Source: Candidatus Saccharimonadota bacterium
GTDB taxonomy: Bacteria; Patescibacteriota; Saccharimonadia; Saccharimonadales; SLHW01
Assembly (NCBI GenBank): GCA_024635455.1
Contig: JAGXIU010000003.1
Span: 67,966-131,965, forward strand
Direction of reading: 5' to 3'
DNA: 64,000 nt
The stretch's first letter is position 1, and every line of letters starts with the position of its first letter. Of this stretch, positions 63,847 to 64,000 are shown in pieces. The notes under the pieces were generated by a model. The model saw nothing but the letters and a program-made list of their open reading frames with translations, was not told where the DNA came from and searched no databases. The position numbers and the translations under genes are program-made.

Positions 63847-64000
63847 TTACTCGTCAAAGCTTGGCAGAGCCTGGCTATCTTCTGGTGGAGATATAGTCAC
63901 TGGTCTGTAATCGTATACAGCAGTTAAGCTGGTGCCTGGCTTGTCAACGATGACCTGACTAACCGTTGTTGTATCAGTATCGATAAATAGCAACATTGAT
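63847..64000 (-). CDS. 3' end of an unidentified CDS continuing beyond the window
   Basis: Open frame to the window edge, reading ...IDTDTTTVSQVIVDKPGTSLTAVYDYRPVTISPPEDSQALPSFDE*. Only 51 codons are visible. Confidence 0.35.
   Translation of the reverse strand, partial: SMLLFIDTDTTTVSQVIVDKPGTSLTAVYDYRPVTISPPEDSQALPSFDE

Overview
Gene-dense 64-kb chromosomal window with about 75 protein genes and one tRNA. I recognised no rRNA, CRISPR array, transposase, integrase or phage structural gene. The gene content includes a sortase plus an LAxTG-anchored giant adhesin, PBP1A, salvage enzymes, many orphan secreted or membrane proteins, and tight operons with ATGA/TAATG stop-start overlaps under the standard genetic code. 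This fits a small-genome monoderm bacterium, possibly Patescibacteria/CPR (Saccharibacteria-like), but that lineage call is inference only. Blocks in order: (1) MacB-type permease fragment, rlmH, a secreted protein, sortase and a CAP-domain protein. (2) A redox patch: NOX-like ferric-reductase/FNR fusion, FMN reductase, and an ArsR-glutaredoxin-CxxC membrane protein-DUF427-disulfide reductase operon. (3) ino1 with a divergent LysR regulator. (4) PBP1A followed by two ABC exporters. (5) A copper island: ArsR-TRASH regulator, SHOCT protein, CopB, His-tailed membrane protein and multicopper oxidase, with divergent DUF411 and two CxxC membrane proteins. (6) RND pump, VIT1 and rhodanese. (7) An orphan-rich stretch (tdk, 6TM cation channel, LRR protein) ending at tRNA-Asn, whose 3' end and terminator are tandemly duplicated. 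(8) smpB, NUDIX, glycoside hydrolase, alpha/beta-hydrolase and GT4. (9) An orphan ParB-like protein and a CobO-like adenosyltransferase. (10) An F1Fo ATP synthase operon carrying three extra tightly coupled orphan ORFs, one between atpG and atpD and two between atpD and atpC. (11) purF-like gene and a UvrD-type helicase fused to a PD-(D/E)XK nuclease. (12) A 1342-aa multi-repeat surface protein with an LAxTG sorting signal and a coupled downstream gene. My top candidates for something undescribed are the ATP-synthase-embedded ORFs, the tRNA-Asn/terminator tandem module, the NOX-like and thiol-redox patch, and the ArsR-TRASH copper regulon. All functional calls rest on motif recognition by eye, because no database search could be run.
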